From Macrostomum lignano (Eukaryota), in the NCBI GenBank assembly GCA_002269645.1, contig NIVC01000269.1:372001-436000 (forward strand): a stretch of 64,000 nt of DNA, read 5' to 3'. The notes under the pieces are model-generated. The model did no database searches and had not been told where the DNA came from. It saw only the letters and a program-made list of their open reading frames with translations. Of this stretch, positions 37,038 to 50,300 are shown piece by piece. Numbering within the stretch: position 1 is the stretch's first letter; every line of letters begins with the position of its first letter. Position numbers and translations under genes: made by a program.

Positions 37038-40000
37038 CTGTGAGCTCTCTGGTCACTGAGAGCAGCAGGCATGAATTCTGTGAGCTCTCTGGTCACTGAG
37101 AGCAGCAGGCATGAATTCTGTGAGCTCTCTGGTCACTGAGAGCAGCAGGCATGAATTCTGTGAGCTCTCTGGTCACTGAGAGCAGCAGGCATGAATTCTG
37201 TGAGCTCTCTGGTCACTGAGAGCAGCAGGCATGAATTCTGTGAGCTCTCTGGTCACTGAGAGCAGCAGGCATGAATTCTGTGAGCTCTCTGGTCACTGAG
37301 AGCAGCAGGCATGAATTCTGTGAGCTCTCTGGTCACTGAGAGCAGCAGGCATGAATTCTGTGAGCTCTCTGGTCACTGAGAGCAGCAGGCATGAATTCTG
37401 TGAGCTCTCTGGTCACTGAGAGCAGCAGGCATGAATTCTGTGAGCTCTCTGGTCACTGAGAGCAGCAGGCATGAATTCTGTGAGCTCTCTGGTCACTGAG
37501 AGCAGCAGGCATGAATTCTGTGAGCTCTCTGGTCACTGAGAGCAGCAGGCATGAATTCTGTGAGCTCTCTGGTCACTGAGAGCAGCAGGCATGAATTCTG
37601 TGAGCTCTCTGGTCACTGAGAGCAGCAGGCATGAATTCTGTGAGCTCTCTGGTCACTGAGAGCAGCAGGCATGAATTCTGTGAGCTCTCTGGTCACTGAG
37701 AGCAGCAGGCATGAATTCTGTGAGCTCTCTGGTCACTGAGAGCAGCAGGCATGAATTCTGTGAGCTCTCTGGTCACTGAGAGCAGCAGGCATGAATTCTG
37801 TGAGCTCTCTGGTCACTGAGAGCAGCAGGCATGAATTCTGTGAGCTCTCTGGTCACTGAGAGCAGCAGGCATGAATTCTGTGAGCTCTCTGGTCACTGAG
37901 AGCAGCAGGCATGAATTCTGTGAGCTCTCTGGTCACTGAGAGCAGCAGGCATGAATTCTGTGAGCTCTCTGGTCACTGAGAGCAGCAGGCATGAATTCTG
38001 TGAGCTCTCTGGTCACTGAGAGCAGCAGGCATGAATTCTGTGAGCTCTCTGGTCACTGAGAGCAGCAGGCATGAATTCTGTGAGCTCTCTGGTCACTGAG
38101 AGCAGCAGGCATGAATTCTGTGAGCTCTCTGGTCACTGAGAGCAGCAGGCATGAATTCTGTGAGCTCTCTGGTCACTGAGAGCAGCAGGCATGAATTCTG
38201 TGAGCTCTCTGGTCACTGAGAGCAGCAGGCATGAATTCTGTGAGCTCTCTGGTCACTGAGAGCAGCAGGCATGAATTCTGTGAGCTCTCTGGTCACTGAG
38301 AGCAGCAGGCATGAATTCTGTGAGCTCTCTGGTCACTGAGAGCAGCAGGCATGAATTCTGTGAGCTCTCTGGTCACTGAGAGCAGCAGGCATGAATTCTG
38401 TGAGCTCTCTGGTCACTGAGAGCAGCAGGCATGAATTCTGTGAGCTCTCTGGTCACTGAGAGCAGCAGGCATGAATTCTGTGAGCTCTCTGGTCACTGAG
38501 AGCAGCAGGCATGAATTCTGTGAGCTCTCTGGTCACTGAGAGCAGCAGGCATGAATTCTGTGAGCTCTCTGGTCACTGAGAGCAGCAGGCATGAATTCTG
38601 TGAGCTTCTGGTCACTGAGAGCAGCAGGCATGAATTCTGTGAGCTTCTGGTCACTGAGAGCAGCAGGCATGAATTCTGTGAGCTCTCTGGTCACTGAGAG
38701 CAGCAGGCATGAATTCTGTGAGCTTCTGGTCACTGAGAGCAGCAGGCATGAATTCTGTGAGCTTCTGGTCACTGAGAGCAGCAGGCATGAATTCTGTGAG
38801 CTCTCTGGTCACTGAGAGCAGCAGGCATGAATTCTGTGAGCTCTCTGGTCACTGAGAGCAGCAGGCATGAATTCTGTGAGCTCTCTGGTCACTGAGAGCA
38901 GCAGGCATGAATTCTGTGAGCTCTCTGGTCACTGAGAGCAGCAGGCATGAATTCTGTGAGCTCTCTGGTCACTGAGAGCAGCAGGCATGAATTCTGTGAG
39001 CTCTCTGGTCACTGAGAGCAGCAGGCATGAATTCTGTGAGCTCTCTGGTCACTGAGAGCAGCAGGCATGAATTCTGTGAGCTCTCTGGTCACTGAGAGCA
39101 GCAGGCATGAATTCTGTGAGCTCTCTGGTCACTGAGAGCAGCAGGCATGAATTCTGTGAGCTCTCTGGTCACTGAGAGCAGCAGGCATGAATTCTGTGAG
39201 CTCTCTGGTCACTGAGAGCAGCAGGCATGAATTCTGTGAGCTCTCTGGTCACTGAGAGCAGCAGGCATGAATTCTGTGAGCTCTCTGGTCACTGAGAGCA
39301 GCAGGCATGAATTCTGTGAGCTCTCTGGTCACTGAGAGCAGCAGGCATGAATTCTGTGAGCTCTCTGGTCACTGAGAGCAGCAGGCATGAATTCTGTGAG
39401 CTCTCTGGTCACTGAGAGCAGCAGGCATGAATTCTGTGAGCTCTCTGGTCACTGAGAGCAGCAGGCATGAATTCTGTGAGCTCTCTGGTCACTGAGAGCA
39501 GCAGGCATGAATTCTGTGAGCTCTCTGGTCACTGAGAGCAGCAGGCATGAATTCTGTGAGCTCTCTGGTCACTGAGAGCAGCAGGCATGAATTCTGTGAG
39601 CTCTCTGGTCACTGAGAGCAGCAGGCATGAATTCTGTGAGCTCTCTGGTCACTGAGAGCAGCAGGCATGAATTCTGTGAGCTCTCTGGTCACTGAGAGCA
39701 GCAGGCATGAATTCTGTGAGCTCTCTGGTCACTGAGAGCAGCAGGCATGAATTCTGTGAGCTCTCTGGTCACTGAGAGCAGCAGGCATGAATTCTGTGAG
39801 CTCTCTGGTCACTGAGAGCAGCAGGCATGAATTCTGTGAGCTCTCTGGTCACTGAGAGCAGCAGGCATGAATTCTGTGAGCTCTCTGGTCACTGAGAGCA
39901 GCAGGCATGAATTCTGTGAGCTCTCTGGTCACTGAGAGCAGCAGGCATGAATTCTGTGAGCTCTCTGGTCACTGAGAGCAGCAGGCATGAATTCTGTGAG

Positions 40001-43000
40001 CTCTCTGGTCACTGAGAGCAGCAGGCATGAATTCTGTGAGCTCTCTGGTCACTGAGAGCAGCAGGCATGAATTCTGTGAGCTCTCTGGTCACTGAGAGCA
40101 GCAGGCATGAATTCTGTGAGCTCTCTGGTCACTGAGAGCAGCAGGCATGAATTCTGTGAGCTCTCTGGTCACTGAGAGCAGCAGGCATGAATTCTGTGAG
40201 CTCTCTGGTCACTGAGAGCAGCAGGCATGAATTCTGTGAGCTCTCTGGTCACTGAGAGCAGCAGGCATGAATTCTGTGAGCTCTCTGGTCACTGAGAGCA
40301 GCAGGCATGAATTCTGTGAGCTCTCTGGTCACTGAGAGCAGCAGGCATGAATTCTGTGAGCTCTCTGGTCACTGAGAGCAGCAGGCATGAATTCTGTGAG
40401 CTCTCTGGTCACTGAGAGCAGCAGGCATGAATTCTGTGAGCTCTCTGGTCACTGAGAGCAGCAGGCATGAATTCTGTGAGCTCTCTGGTCACTGAGAGCA
40501 GCAGGCATGAATTCTGTGAGCTCTCTGGTCACTGAGAGCAGCAGGCATGAATTCTGTGAGCTCTCTGGTCACTGAGAGCAGCAGGCATGAATTCTGTGAG
40601 CTCTCTGGTCACTGAGAGCAGCAGGCATGAATTCTGTGAGCTCTCTGGTCACTGAGAGCAGCAGGCATGAATTCTGTGAGCTCTCTGGTCACTGAGAGCA
40701 GCAGGCATGAATTCTGTGAGCTCTCTGGTCACTGAGAGCAGCAGGCATGAATTCTGTGAGCTCTCTGGTCACTGAGAGCAGCAGGCATGAATTCTGTGAG
40801 CTCTCTGGTCACTGAGAGCAGCAGGCATGAATTCTGTGAGCTCTCTGGTCACTGAGAGCAGCAGGCATGAATTCTGTGAGCTCTCTGGTCACTGAGAGCA
40901 GCAGGCATGAATTCTGTGAGCTCTCTGGTCACTGAGAGCAGCAGGCATGAATTCTGTGAGCTCTCTGGTCACTGAGAGCAGCAGGCATGAATTCTGTGAG
41001 CTCTCTGGTCACTGAGAGCAGCAGGCATGAATTCTGTGAGCTCTCTGGTCACTGAGAGCAGCAGGCATGAATTCTGTGAGCTCTCTGGTCACTGAGAGCA
41101 GCAGGCATGAATTCTGTGAGCTCTCTGGTCACTGAGAGCAGCAGGCATGAATTCTGTGAGCTCTCTGGTCACTGAGAGCAGCAGGCATGAATTCTGTGAG
41201 CTCTCTGGTCACTGAGAGCAGCAGGCATGAATTCTGTGAGCTCTCTGGTCACTGAGAGCAGCAGGCATGAATTCTGTGAGCTCTCTGGTCACTGAGAGCA
41301 GCAGGCATGAATTCTGTGAGCTCTCTGGTCACTGAGAGCAGCAGGCATGAATTCTGTGAGCTCTCTGGTCACTGAGAGCAGCAGGCATGAATTCTGTGAG
41401 CTCTCTGGTCACTGAGAGCAGCAGGCATGAATTCTGTGAGCTCTCTGGTCACTGAGAGCAGCAGGCATGAATTCTGTGAGCTCTCTGGTCACTGAGAGCA
41501 GCAGGCATGAATTCTGTGAGCTCTCTGGTCACTGAGAGCAGCAGGCATGAATTCTGTGAGCTCTCTGGTCACTGAGAGCAGCAGGCATGAATTCTGTGAG
41601 CTCTCTGGTCACTGAGAGCAGCAGGCATGAATTCTGTGAGCTCTCTGGTCACTGAGAGCAGCAGGCATGAATTCTGTGAGCTCTCTGGTCACTGAGAGCA
41701 GCAGGCATGAATTCTGTGAGCTCTCTGGTCACTGAGAGCAGCAGGCATGAATTCTGTGAGCTCTCTGGTCACTGAGAGCAGCAGGCATGAATTCTGTGAG
41801 CTCTCTGGTCACTGAGAGCAGCAGGCATGAATTCTGTGAGCTCTCTGGTCACTGAGAGCAGCAGGCATGAATTCTGTGAGCTCTCTGGTCACTGAGAGCA
41901 GCAGGCATGAATTCTGTGAGCTCTCTGGTCACTGAGAGCAGCAGGCATGAATTCTGTGAGCTCTCTGGTCACTGAGAGCAGCAGGCATGAATTCTGTGAG
42001 CTCTCTGGTCACTGAGAGCAGCAGGCATGAATTCTGTGAGCTCTCTGGTCACTGAGAGCAGCAGGCATGAATTCTGTGAGCTCTCTGGTCACTGAGAGCA
42101 GCAGGCATGAATTCTGTGAGCTCTCTGGTCACTGAGAGCAGCAGGCATGAATTCTGTGAGCTCTCTGGTCACTGAGAGCAGCAGGCATGAATTCTGTGAG
42201 CTCTCTGGTCACTGAGAGCAGCAGGCATGAATTCTGTGAGCTCTCTGGTCACTGAGAGCAGCAGGCATGAATTCTGTGAGCTCTCTGGTCACTGAGAGCA
42301 GCAGGCATGAATTCTGTGAGCTCTCTGGTCACTGAGAGCAGCAGGCATGAATTCTGTGAGCTCTCTGGTCACTGAGAGCAGCAGGCATGAATTCTGTGAG
42401 CTCTCTGGTCACTGAGAGCAGCAGGCATGAATTCTGTGAGCTCTCTGGTCACTGAGAGCAGCAGGCATGAATTCTGTGAGCTCTCTGGTCACTGAGAGCA
42501 GCAGGCATGAATTCTGTGAGCTCTCTGGTCACTGAGAGCAGCAGGCATGAATTCTGTGAGCTCTCTGGTCACTGAGAGCAGCAGGCATGAATTCTGTGAG
42601 CTCTCTGGTCACTGAGAGCAGCAGGCATGAATTCTGTGAGCTCTCTGGTCACTGAGAGCAGCAGGCATGAATTCTGTGAGCTCTCTGGTCACTGAGAGCA
42701 GCAGGCATGAATTCTGTGAGCTCTCTGGTCACTGAGAGCAGCAGGCATGAATTCTGTGAGCTCTCTGGTCACTGAGAGCAGCAGGCATGAATTCTGTGAG
42801 CTCTCTGGTCACTGAGAGCAGCAGGCATGAATTCTGTGAGCTCTCTGGTCACTGAGAGCAGCAGGCATGAATTCTGTGAGCTCTCTGGTCACTGAGAGCA
42901 GCAGGCATGAATTCTGTGAGCTCTCTGGTCACTGAGAGCAGCAGGCATGAATTCTGTGAGCTCTCTGGTCACTGAGAGCAGCAGGCATGAATTCTGTGAG

Positions 43001-46000
43001 CTCTCTGGTCACTGAGAGCAGCAGGCATGAATTCTGTGAGCTCTCTGGTCACTGAGAGCAGCAGGCATGAATTCTGTGAGCTCTCTGGTCACTGAGAGCA
43101 GCAGGCATGAATTCTGTGAGCTCTCTGGTCACTGAGAGCAGCAGGCATGAATTCTGTGAGCTCTCTGGTCACTGAGAGCAGCAGGCATGAATTCTGTGAG
43201 CTCTCTGGTCACTGAGAGCAGCAGGCATGAATTCTGTGAGCTCTCTGGTCACTGAGAGCAGCAGGCATGAATTCTGTGAGCTCTCTGGTCACTGAGAGCA
43301 GCAGGCATGAATTCTGTGAGCTCTCTGGTCACTGAGAGCAGCAGGCATGAATTCTGTGAGCTCTCTGGTCACTGAGAGCAGCAGGCATGAATTCTGTGAG
43401 CTCTCTGGTCACTGAGAGCAGCAGGCATGAATTCTGTGAGCTCTCTGGTCACTGAGAGCAGCAGGCATGAATTCTGTGAGCTCTCTGGTCACTGAGAGCA
43501 GCAGGCATGAATTCTGTGAGCTCTCTGGTCACTGAGAGCAGCAGGCATGAATTCTGTGAGCTCTCTGGTCACTGAGAGCAGCAGGCATGAATTCTGTGAG
43601 CTCTCTGGTCACTGAGAGCAGCAGGCATGAATTCTGTGAGCTCTCTGGTCACTGAGAGCAGCAGGCATGAATTCTGTGAGCTCTCTGGTCACTGAGAGCA
43701 GCAGGCATGAATTCTGTGAGCTCTCTGGTCACTGAGAGCAGCAGGCATGAATTCTGTGAGCTCTCTGGTCACTGAGAGCAGCAGGCATGAATTCTGTGAG
43801 CTCTCTGGTCACTGAGAGCAGCAGGCATGAATTCTGTGAGCTCTCTGGTCACTGAGAGCAGCAGGCATGAATTCTGTGAGCTCTCTGGTCACTGAGAGCA
43901 GCAGGCATGAATTCTGTGAGCTCTCTGGTCACTGAGAGCAGCAGGCATGAATTCTGTGAGCTCTCTGGTCACTGAGAGCAGCAGGCATGAATTCTGTGAG
44001 CTCTCTGGTCACTGAGAGCAGCAGGCATGAATTCTGTGAGCTCTCTGGTCACTGAGAGCAGCAGGCATGAATTCTGTGAGCTCTCTGGTCACTGAGAGCA
44101 GCAGGCATGAATTCTGTGAGCTCTCTGGTCACTGAGAGCAGCAGGCATGAATTCTGTGAGCTCTCTGGTCACTGAGAGCAGCAGGCATGAATTCTGTGAG
44201 CTCTCTGGTCACTGAGAGCAGCAGGCATGAATTCTGTGAGCTCTCTGGTCACTGAGAGCAGCAGGCATGAATTCTGTGAGCTCTCTGGTCACTGAGAGCA
44301 GCAGGCATGAATTCTGTGAGCTCTCTGGTCACTGAGAGCAGCAGGCATGAATTCTGTGAGCTCTCTGGTCACTGAGAGCAGCAGGCATGAATTCTGTGAG
44401 CTCTCTGGTCACTGAGAGCAGCAGGCATGAATTCTGTGAGCTCTCTGGTCACTGAGAGCAGCAGGCATGAATTCTGTGAGCTCTCTGGTCACTGAGAGCA
44501 GCAGGCATGAATTCTGTGAGCTCTCTGGTCACTGAGAGCAGCAGGCATGAATTCTGTGAGCTCTCTGGTCACTGAGAGCAGCAGGCATGAATTCTGTGAG
44601 CTCTCTGGTCACTGAGAGCAGCAGGCATGAATTCTGTGAGCTCTCTGGTCACTGAGAGCAGCAGGCATGAATTCTGTGAGCTCTCTGGTCACTGAGAGCA
44701 GCAGGCATGAATTCTGTGAGCTCTCTGGTCACTGAGAGCAGCAGGCATGAATTCTGTGAGCTCTCTGGTCACTGAGAGCAGCAGGCATGAATTCTGTGAG
44801 CTCTCTGGTCACTGAGAGCAGCAGGCATGAATTCTGTGAGCTCTCTGGTCACTGAGAGCAGCAGGCATGAATTCTGTGAGCTCTCTGGTCACTGAGAGCA
44901 GCAGGCATGAATTCTGTGAGCTCTCTGGTCACTGAGAGCAGCAGGCATGAATTCTGTGAGCTTCTGGTCACTGAGAGCAGCAGGCATGAATTCTGTGAGC
45001 TTCTGGTCACTGAGAGCAGCAGGCATGAATTCTGTGAGCTTCTGGTCACTGAGAGCAGCAGGCATGAATTCTGTGAGCTCTCTGGTCACTGAGAGCAGCA
45101 GGCATGAATTCTGTGAGCTCTCTGGTCACTGAGAGCAGCAGGCATGAATTCTGTGAGCTCTCTGGTCACTGAGAGCAGCAGGCATGAATTCTGTGAGCTC
45201 TCTGGTCACTGAGAGCAGCAGGCATGAATTCTGTGAGCTCTCTGGTCACTGAGAGCAGCAGGCATGAATTCTGTGAGCTCTCTGGTCACTGAGAGCAGCA
45301 GGCATGAATTCTGTGAGCTCTCTGGTCACTGAGAGCAGCAGGCATGAATTCTGTGAGCTCTCTGGTCACTGAGAGCAGCAGGCATGAATTCTGTGAGCTC
45401 TCTGGTCACTGAGAGCAGCAGGCATGAATTCTGTGAGCTCTCTGGTCACTGAGAGCAGCAGGCATGAATTCTGTGAGCTCTCTGGTCACTGAGAGCAGCA
45501 GGCATGAATTCTGTGAGCTCTCTGGTCACTGAGAGCAGCAGGCATGAATTCTGTGAGCTCTCTGGTCACTGAGAGCAGCAGGCATGAATTCTGTGAGCTC
45601 TCTGGTCACTGAGAGCAGCAGGCATGAATTCTGTGAGCTCTCTGGTCACTGAGAGCAGCAGGCATGAATTCTGTGAGCTCTCTGGTCACTGAGAGCAGCA
45701 GGCATGAATTCTGTGAGCTTCTGGTCACTGAGAGCAGCAGGCATGAATTCTGTGAGCTCTCTGGTCACTGAGAGCAGCAGGCATGAATTCTGTGAGCTTC
45801 TGGTCACTGAGAGCAGCAGGCATGAATTCTGTGAGCTCTCTGGTCACTGAGAGCAGCAGGCATGAATTCTGTGAGCTCTCTGGTCACTGAGAGCAGCAGG
45901 CATGAATTCTGTGAGCTCTCTGGTCACTGAGAGCAGCAGGCATGAATTCTGTGAGCTCTCTGGTCACTGAGAGCAGCAGGCATGAATTCTGTGAGCTCTC

Positions 46001-48099
46001 TGGTCACTGAGAGCAGCAGGCATGAATTCTGTGAGCTTCTGGTCACTGAGAGCAGCAGGCATGAATTCTGTGAGCTCTCTGGTCACTGAGAGCAGCAGGC
46101 ATGAATTCTGTGAGCTCTCTGGTCACTGAGAGCAGCAGGCATGAATTCTGTGAGCTCTCTGGTCACTGAGAGCAGCAGGCATGAATTCTGTGAGCTCTCT
46201 GGTCACTGAGAGCAGCAGGCATGAATTCTGTGAGCTCTCTGGTCACTGAGAGCAGCAGGCATGAATTCTGTGAGCTCTCTGGTCACTGAGAGCAGCAGGC
46301 ATGAATTCTGTGAGCTCTCTGGTCACTGAGAGCAGCAGGCATGAATTCTGTGAGCTTCTGGTCACTGAGAGCAGCAGGCATGAATTCTGTGAGCTCTCTG
46401 GTCACTGAGAGCAGCAGGCATGAATTCTGTGAGCTTCTGGTCACTGAGAGCAGCAGGCATGAATTCTGTGAGCTCTCTGGTCACTGAGAGCAGCAGGCAT
46501 GAATTCTGTGAGCTCTCTGGTCACTGAGAGCAGCAGGCATGAATTCTGTGAGCTCTCTGGTCACTGAGAGCAGCAGGCATGAATTCTGTGAGCTCTCTGG
46601 TCACTGAGAGCAGCAGGCATGAATTCTGTGAGCTCTCTGGTCACTGAGAGCAGCAGGCATGAATTCTGTGAGCTCTCTGGTCACTGAGAGCAGCAGGCAT
46701 GAATTCTGTGAGCTCTCTGGTCACTGAGAGCAGCAGGCATGAATTCTGTGAGCTCTCTGGTCACTGAGAGCAGCAGGCATGAATTCTGTGAGCTTCTGGT
46801 CACTGAGAGCAGCAGGCATGAATTCTGTGAGCTTCTGGTCACTGAGAGCAGCAGGCATGAATTCTGTGAGCTTCTGGTCACTGAGAGCAGCAGGCATGAA
46901 TTCTGTGAGCTCTCTGGTCACTGAGAGCAGCAGGCATGAATTCTGTGAGCTCTCTGGTCACTGAGAGCAGCAGGCATGAATTCTGTGAGCTCTCTGGTCA
47001 CTGAGAGCAGCAGGCATGAATTCTGTGAGCTCTCTGGTCACTGAGAGCAGCAGGCATGAATTCTGTGAGCTCTCTGGTCACTGAGAGCAGCAGGCATGAA
47101 TTCTGTGAGCTCTCTGGTCACTGAGAGCAGCAGGCATGAATTCTGTGAGCTCTCTGGTCACTGAGAGCAGCAGGCATGAATTCTGTGAGCTCTCTGGTCA
47201 CTGAGAGCAGCAGGCATGAATTCTGTGAGCTCTCTGGTCACTGAGAGCAGCAGGCATGAATTCTGTGAGCTCTCTGGTCACTGAGAGCAGCAGGCATGAA
47301 TTCTGTGAGCTCTCTGGTCACTGAGAGCAGCAGGCATGAATTCTGTGAGCTCTCTGGTCACTGAGAGCAGCAGGCATGAATTCTGTGAGCTCTCTGGTCA
47401 CTGAGAGCAGCAGGCATGAATTCTGTGAGCTCTCTGGTCACTGAGAGCAGCAGGCATGAATTCTGTGAGCTCTCTGGTCACTGAGAGCAGCAGGCATGAA
47501 TTCTGTGAGCTCTCTGGTCACTGAGAGCAGCAGGCATGAATTCTGTGAGCTCTCTGGTCACTGAGAGCAGCAGGCATGAATTCTGTGAGCTCTCTGGTCA
47601 CTGAGAGCAGCAGGCATGAATTCTGTGAGCTCTCTGGTCACTGAGAGCAGCAGGCATGAATTCTGTGAGCTCTCTGGTCACTGAGAGCAGCAGGCATGAA
47701 TTCTGTGAGCTCTCTGGTCACTGAGAGCAGCAGGCATGAATTCTGTGAGCTCTCTGGTCACTGAGAGCAGCAGGCATGAATTCTGTGAGCTCTCTGGTCA
47801 CTGAGAGCAGCAGGCATGAATTCTGTGAGCTCTCTGGTCACTGAGAGCAGCAGGCATGAATTCTGTGAGCTCTCTGGTCACTGAGAGCAGCAGGCATGAA
47901 TTCTGTGAGCTCTCTGGTCACTGAGAGCAGCAGGCATGAATTCTGTGAGCTCTCTGGTCACTGAGAGCAGCAGGCATGAATTCTGTGAGCTCTCTGGTCA
48001 CTGAGATCAGCAGACATGAATTCTGTGAGCTCTCTGGTCACTGAGAGCAGCAGGCATGAATTCTGTGAGCTCTCTGGTCACTGAGAGCAGCAGGCATGA
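37038..48099. repeat. 11-kb satellite of a 40-bp unit (CTGTGAGCTCTCTGGTCACTGAGAGCAGCAGGCATGAATT), ~276 copies
   Basis: Near-identical head-to-tail copies with sporadic 38-bp variants. Each unit contains an EcoRI site, and each 40-bp unit a SacI site. Confidence 0.99.
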
Positions 48100-48299
48100 G
48101 ACACGGCACCGAAGCAGCGCCTGCTCTCTACTCGTTTAAACCGTAAAATGAGTTGCTTTGAGCTGTCTTTGAGCACTTTTCTCTTAATCTGCACCGGTTT
48201 GATCACTCGTTCGAAGGGGGTTTCGCCAGAGAAAAAAGTCGGCGGAGAAAATCCTCGAATGCGAACTAAATGCACTGGCGACACGACAAGTAGCTCGTA

Positions 48300-48490
48300 C
48301 TACAATCCTTACCGGCCTGCAGCTCATTTCTAAGAAAAATCCTGCTTCCTACAAAGAAAATTCTCAATCAGCATTTTTACCCGATCTCCGTAAGCTTGTT
48401 CCCATTAGTTGTCACTTGACCTTTTGCGCCACCCTTCCACGTTTTTCTAGCCAATCACAGCGCTGCTAGGCAGGTGACGTCATTTGATGG
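48300..48490 (-). promoter_or_regulatory. Putative promoter and non-coding first exon of NHL paralog 1
   Basis: Minus-strand donor G|GTAAGG at 48313/48312 lies in a block homologous to 61216-61385. CCAAT at 48451 and TGACGTCA at about 48474. Confidence 0.4.
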
Positions 48491-48870
48491 CTTGGCGGTC
48501 AAGGTCAGGTCAAGGCCGCCCGTTCGCGTGTCACTCCGTAGCCGATTTCCCCATTTTTCCTAAGCTGGCTCCGTGTTTGCCACTCACCCTTGACCTCCGT
48601 GCCAGGGCCACAGCCGACATCTTGCTTAGGCGTCCATCCCAATCATCATTATTACTGCTCAGATCTCCATGAAACTCATTCACTGTGAAACTTTTTCATG
48701 TAAAAGCCAGTCACTGTGAAAGCCAGTCACTTTGAAACCCTGTGACGTTCCCCCATACGGCGAATGCAAGAATCCAGCAATCCAGTTTTGTACCATGACC
48801 TTTGTGCCCGCTGGGCACTTATTCTTGCCTTTTAATGATATATTCTTCTCGCGCTCGCGCGCGTGGTAAT

Positions 48871-50300
48871 GACATTAACACTCAAAAATAGTGCAGTAGA
48901 AACATTGCTATGCGCTTTCGTCTATGGCATTAGTTGGCGCCGGAAGGAGTCGAGGAGGGGGGAGAGTGAGAATGGGGGTGTGGGGGCGAAGGCCCCACTT
49001 TCTACAATGAAATTTAAATTTGATTGCTTGCATCTTTCATTTACGCAAACGAAATCGCCATGGCTGACGCAGAGCCAACTACAGTGGCAGAAGTTCTGCC
49101 TCCTCTATTTAACTACGGAGCTATGCCGAATGGTGAGATTTCAGGAGTAACATCCGGCAAGTTCGACTTGATTTGCACGTCATTCATGCCCAAGGTCATT
49201 AGACAGTCGAGATGCAGCGAACCGCTATAGATTCTCCGAGAAAAGCTGCTAGATAGAGGCTTTCGCTATCTTCATGAGTTTATTAAGAACGTCAGTTAGA
49301 AAGCAGGTCTTACTAAGGTGTACACCGACCGCTGCATATGGTAGGTAGTTTGACCTGTACTTTTGCCCACCATATTCGTGTCTCTGTGAACACATTTGAA
49401 TCTAGACAAATCATTTGCCAATTTTTCTTAAACTGCAGAGTAACTAGAGCGTGCCACCTGGATGCCTGTGGCCAGACTATCCAGGAGATCTTGCTCATCA
49501 CTGGGCAAAAGTGTGAGCAAACTGTTAAGCGCTACTTATCGAGGCGACGTGATCGCAGTTTGTATAGGGCATCTCTGGCTGTGGATCAGGCGCTGAATCA
49601 TACAGTTTCCGAAACTAATGTCAATAAGATCGTTAAGCTAGCTCGTCCAAAATCCAATCACAATAAGCGAGGCTACGATGGAGGAATGTGCGGATGTTTA
49701 TCAAGAGCCTGTCCAGACCATGGAGGAAGTGCTAATCTGAGTAAAAGGAGTGCTAATCTGAGCCAGTTATTTTTATCTCGCTCGATTTTCGCTTTTAACA
49801 TCCCTTTCCCCCCCGTTCCTTCCTATTGGCTGAAAGCATATTTTGATGCGAGCTCGTACTCTGCTGGGACAGACCTTTTAGAGGGGAACGAAAGCGAAAA
49901 CGAGACGAAAAATACTTTGTCTATGACAGTCACGAGCCAATAGGAAAGAACGGGGGGGGGAAAGGGATGTTAAAAGTGAAGATCGAGCGAGATAAAAATA
50001 ACTGGCTCAGATTAGCACTCCATTCTATTCTTTCCTCCATGGTCCAGACCGACGGCGCACAACGTGTGCAGGCTGCTCCGTCAAAGAAGATGAAAGTGAC
50101 CATTGGCGGCAGTCGCAATCTGATCGATATTCTTTTTGAGTGACGTTTCTGTGTAGTCCTGCATGGTATTACTGATAAACATACGATTTCTTTGTTGTAC
50201 ATTTTTTGGTGTTTTTCTAAAATCAAAAAAATCAAAATCAAAAATCAAAAAGAAAATTTTCCCTTTGTTATTGTTTAAATTGCCGTTGCGTGTTAATGTC
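48871..50300 (+). mobile_element. Internally deleted Crypton-like (tyrosine recombinase) DNA transposon relic
   Basis: Splicing 49340 to 49439 (GTAGGT...CTGCAG) gives FIKNVS*KAGLTKVYTDRCI*VTRACHLDACGQTIQEILLITGQKCEQTVKRYL. This matches the Crypton/DUF3504 C-terminal pattern KAGL...YTNH.LRAT...L...G.....I...TGH.S...V..Y. The block is bounded by inverted arms GACATTAACAC (48871) and GTGTTAATGTC (50290-50300). Confidence 0.62.
49747..50021. mobile_element. 275-bp MITE with ~85-bp TIRs nested in the Crypton-like relic
   Basis: GGAGTGCTAATCTGAGCCAGTTATTTTTATCTCGCTCGAT...CCTATTGGCT at the left is inverted at 49935-50021. No clear TSD. Confidence 0.8.

Noticed and set aside
37038-48099. CRISPR array or hammerhead-ribozyme satellite
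   Set aside because: There are no unique spacers or cas genes, and the context is eukaryotic. The unit has CTGAGAG and GAATT, not the CUGANGA and GAAA hammerhead core.
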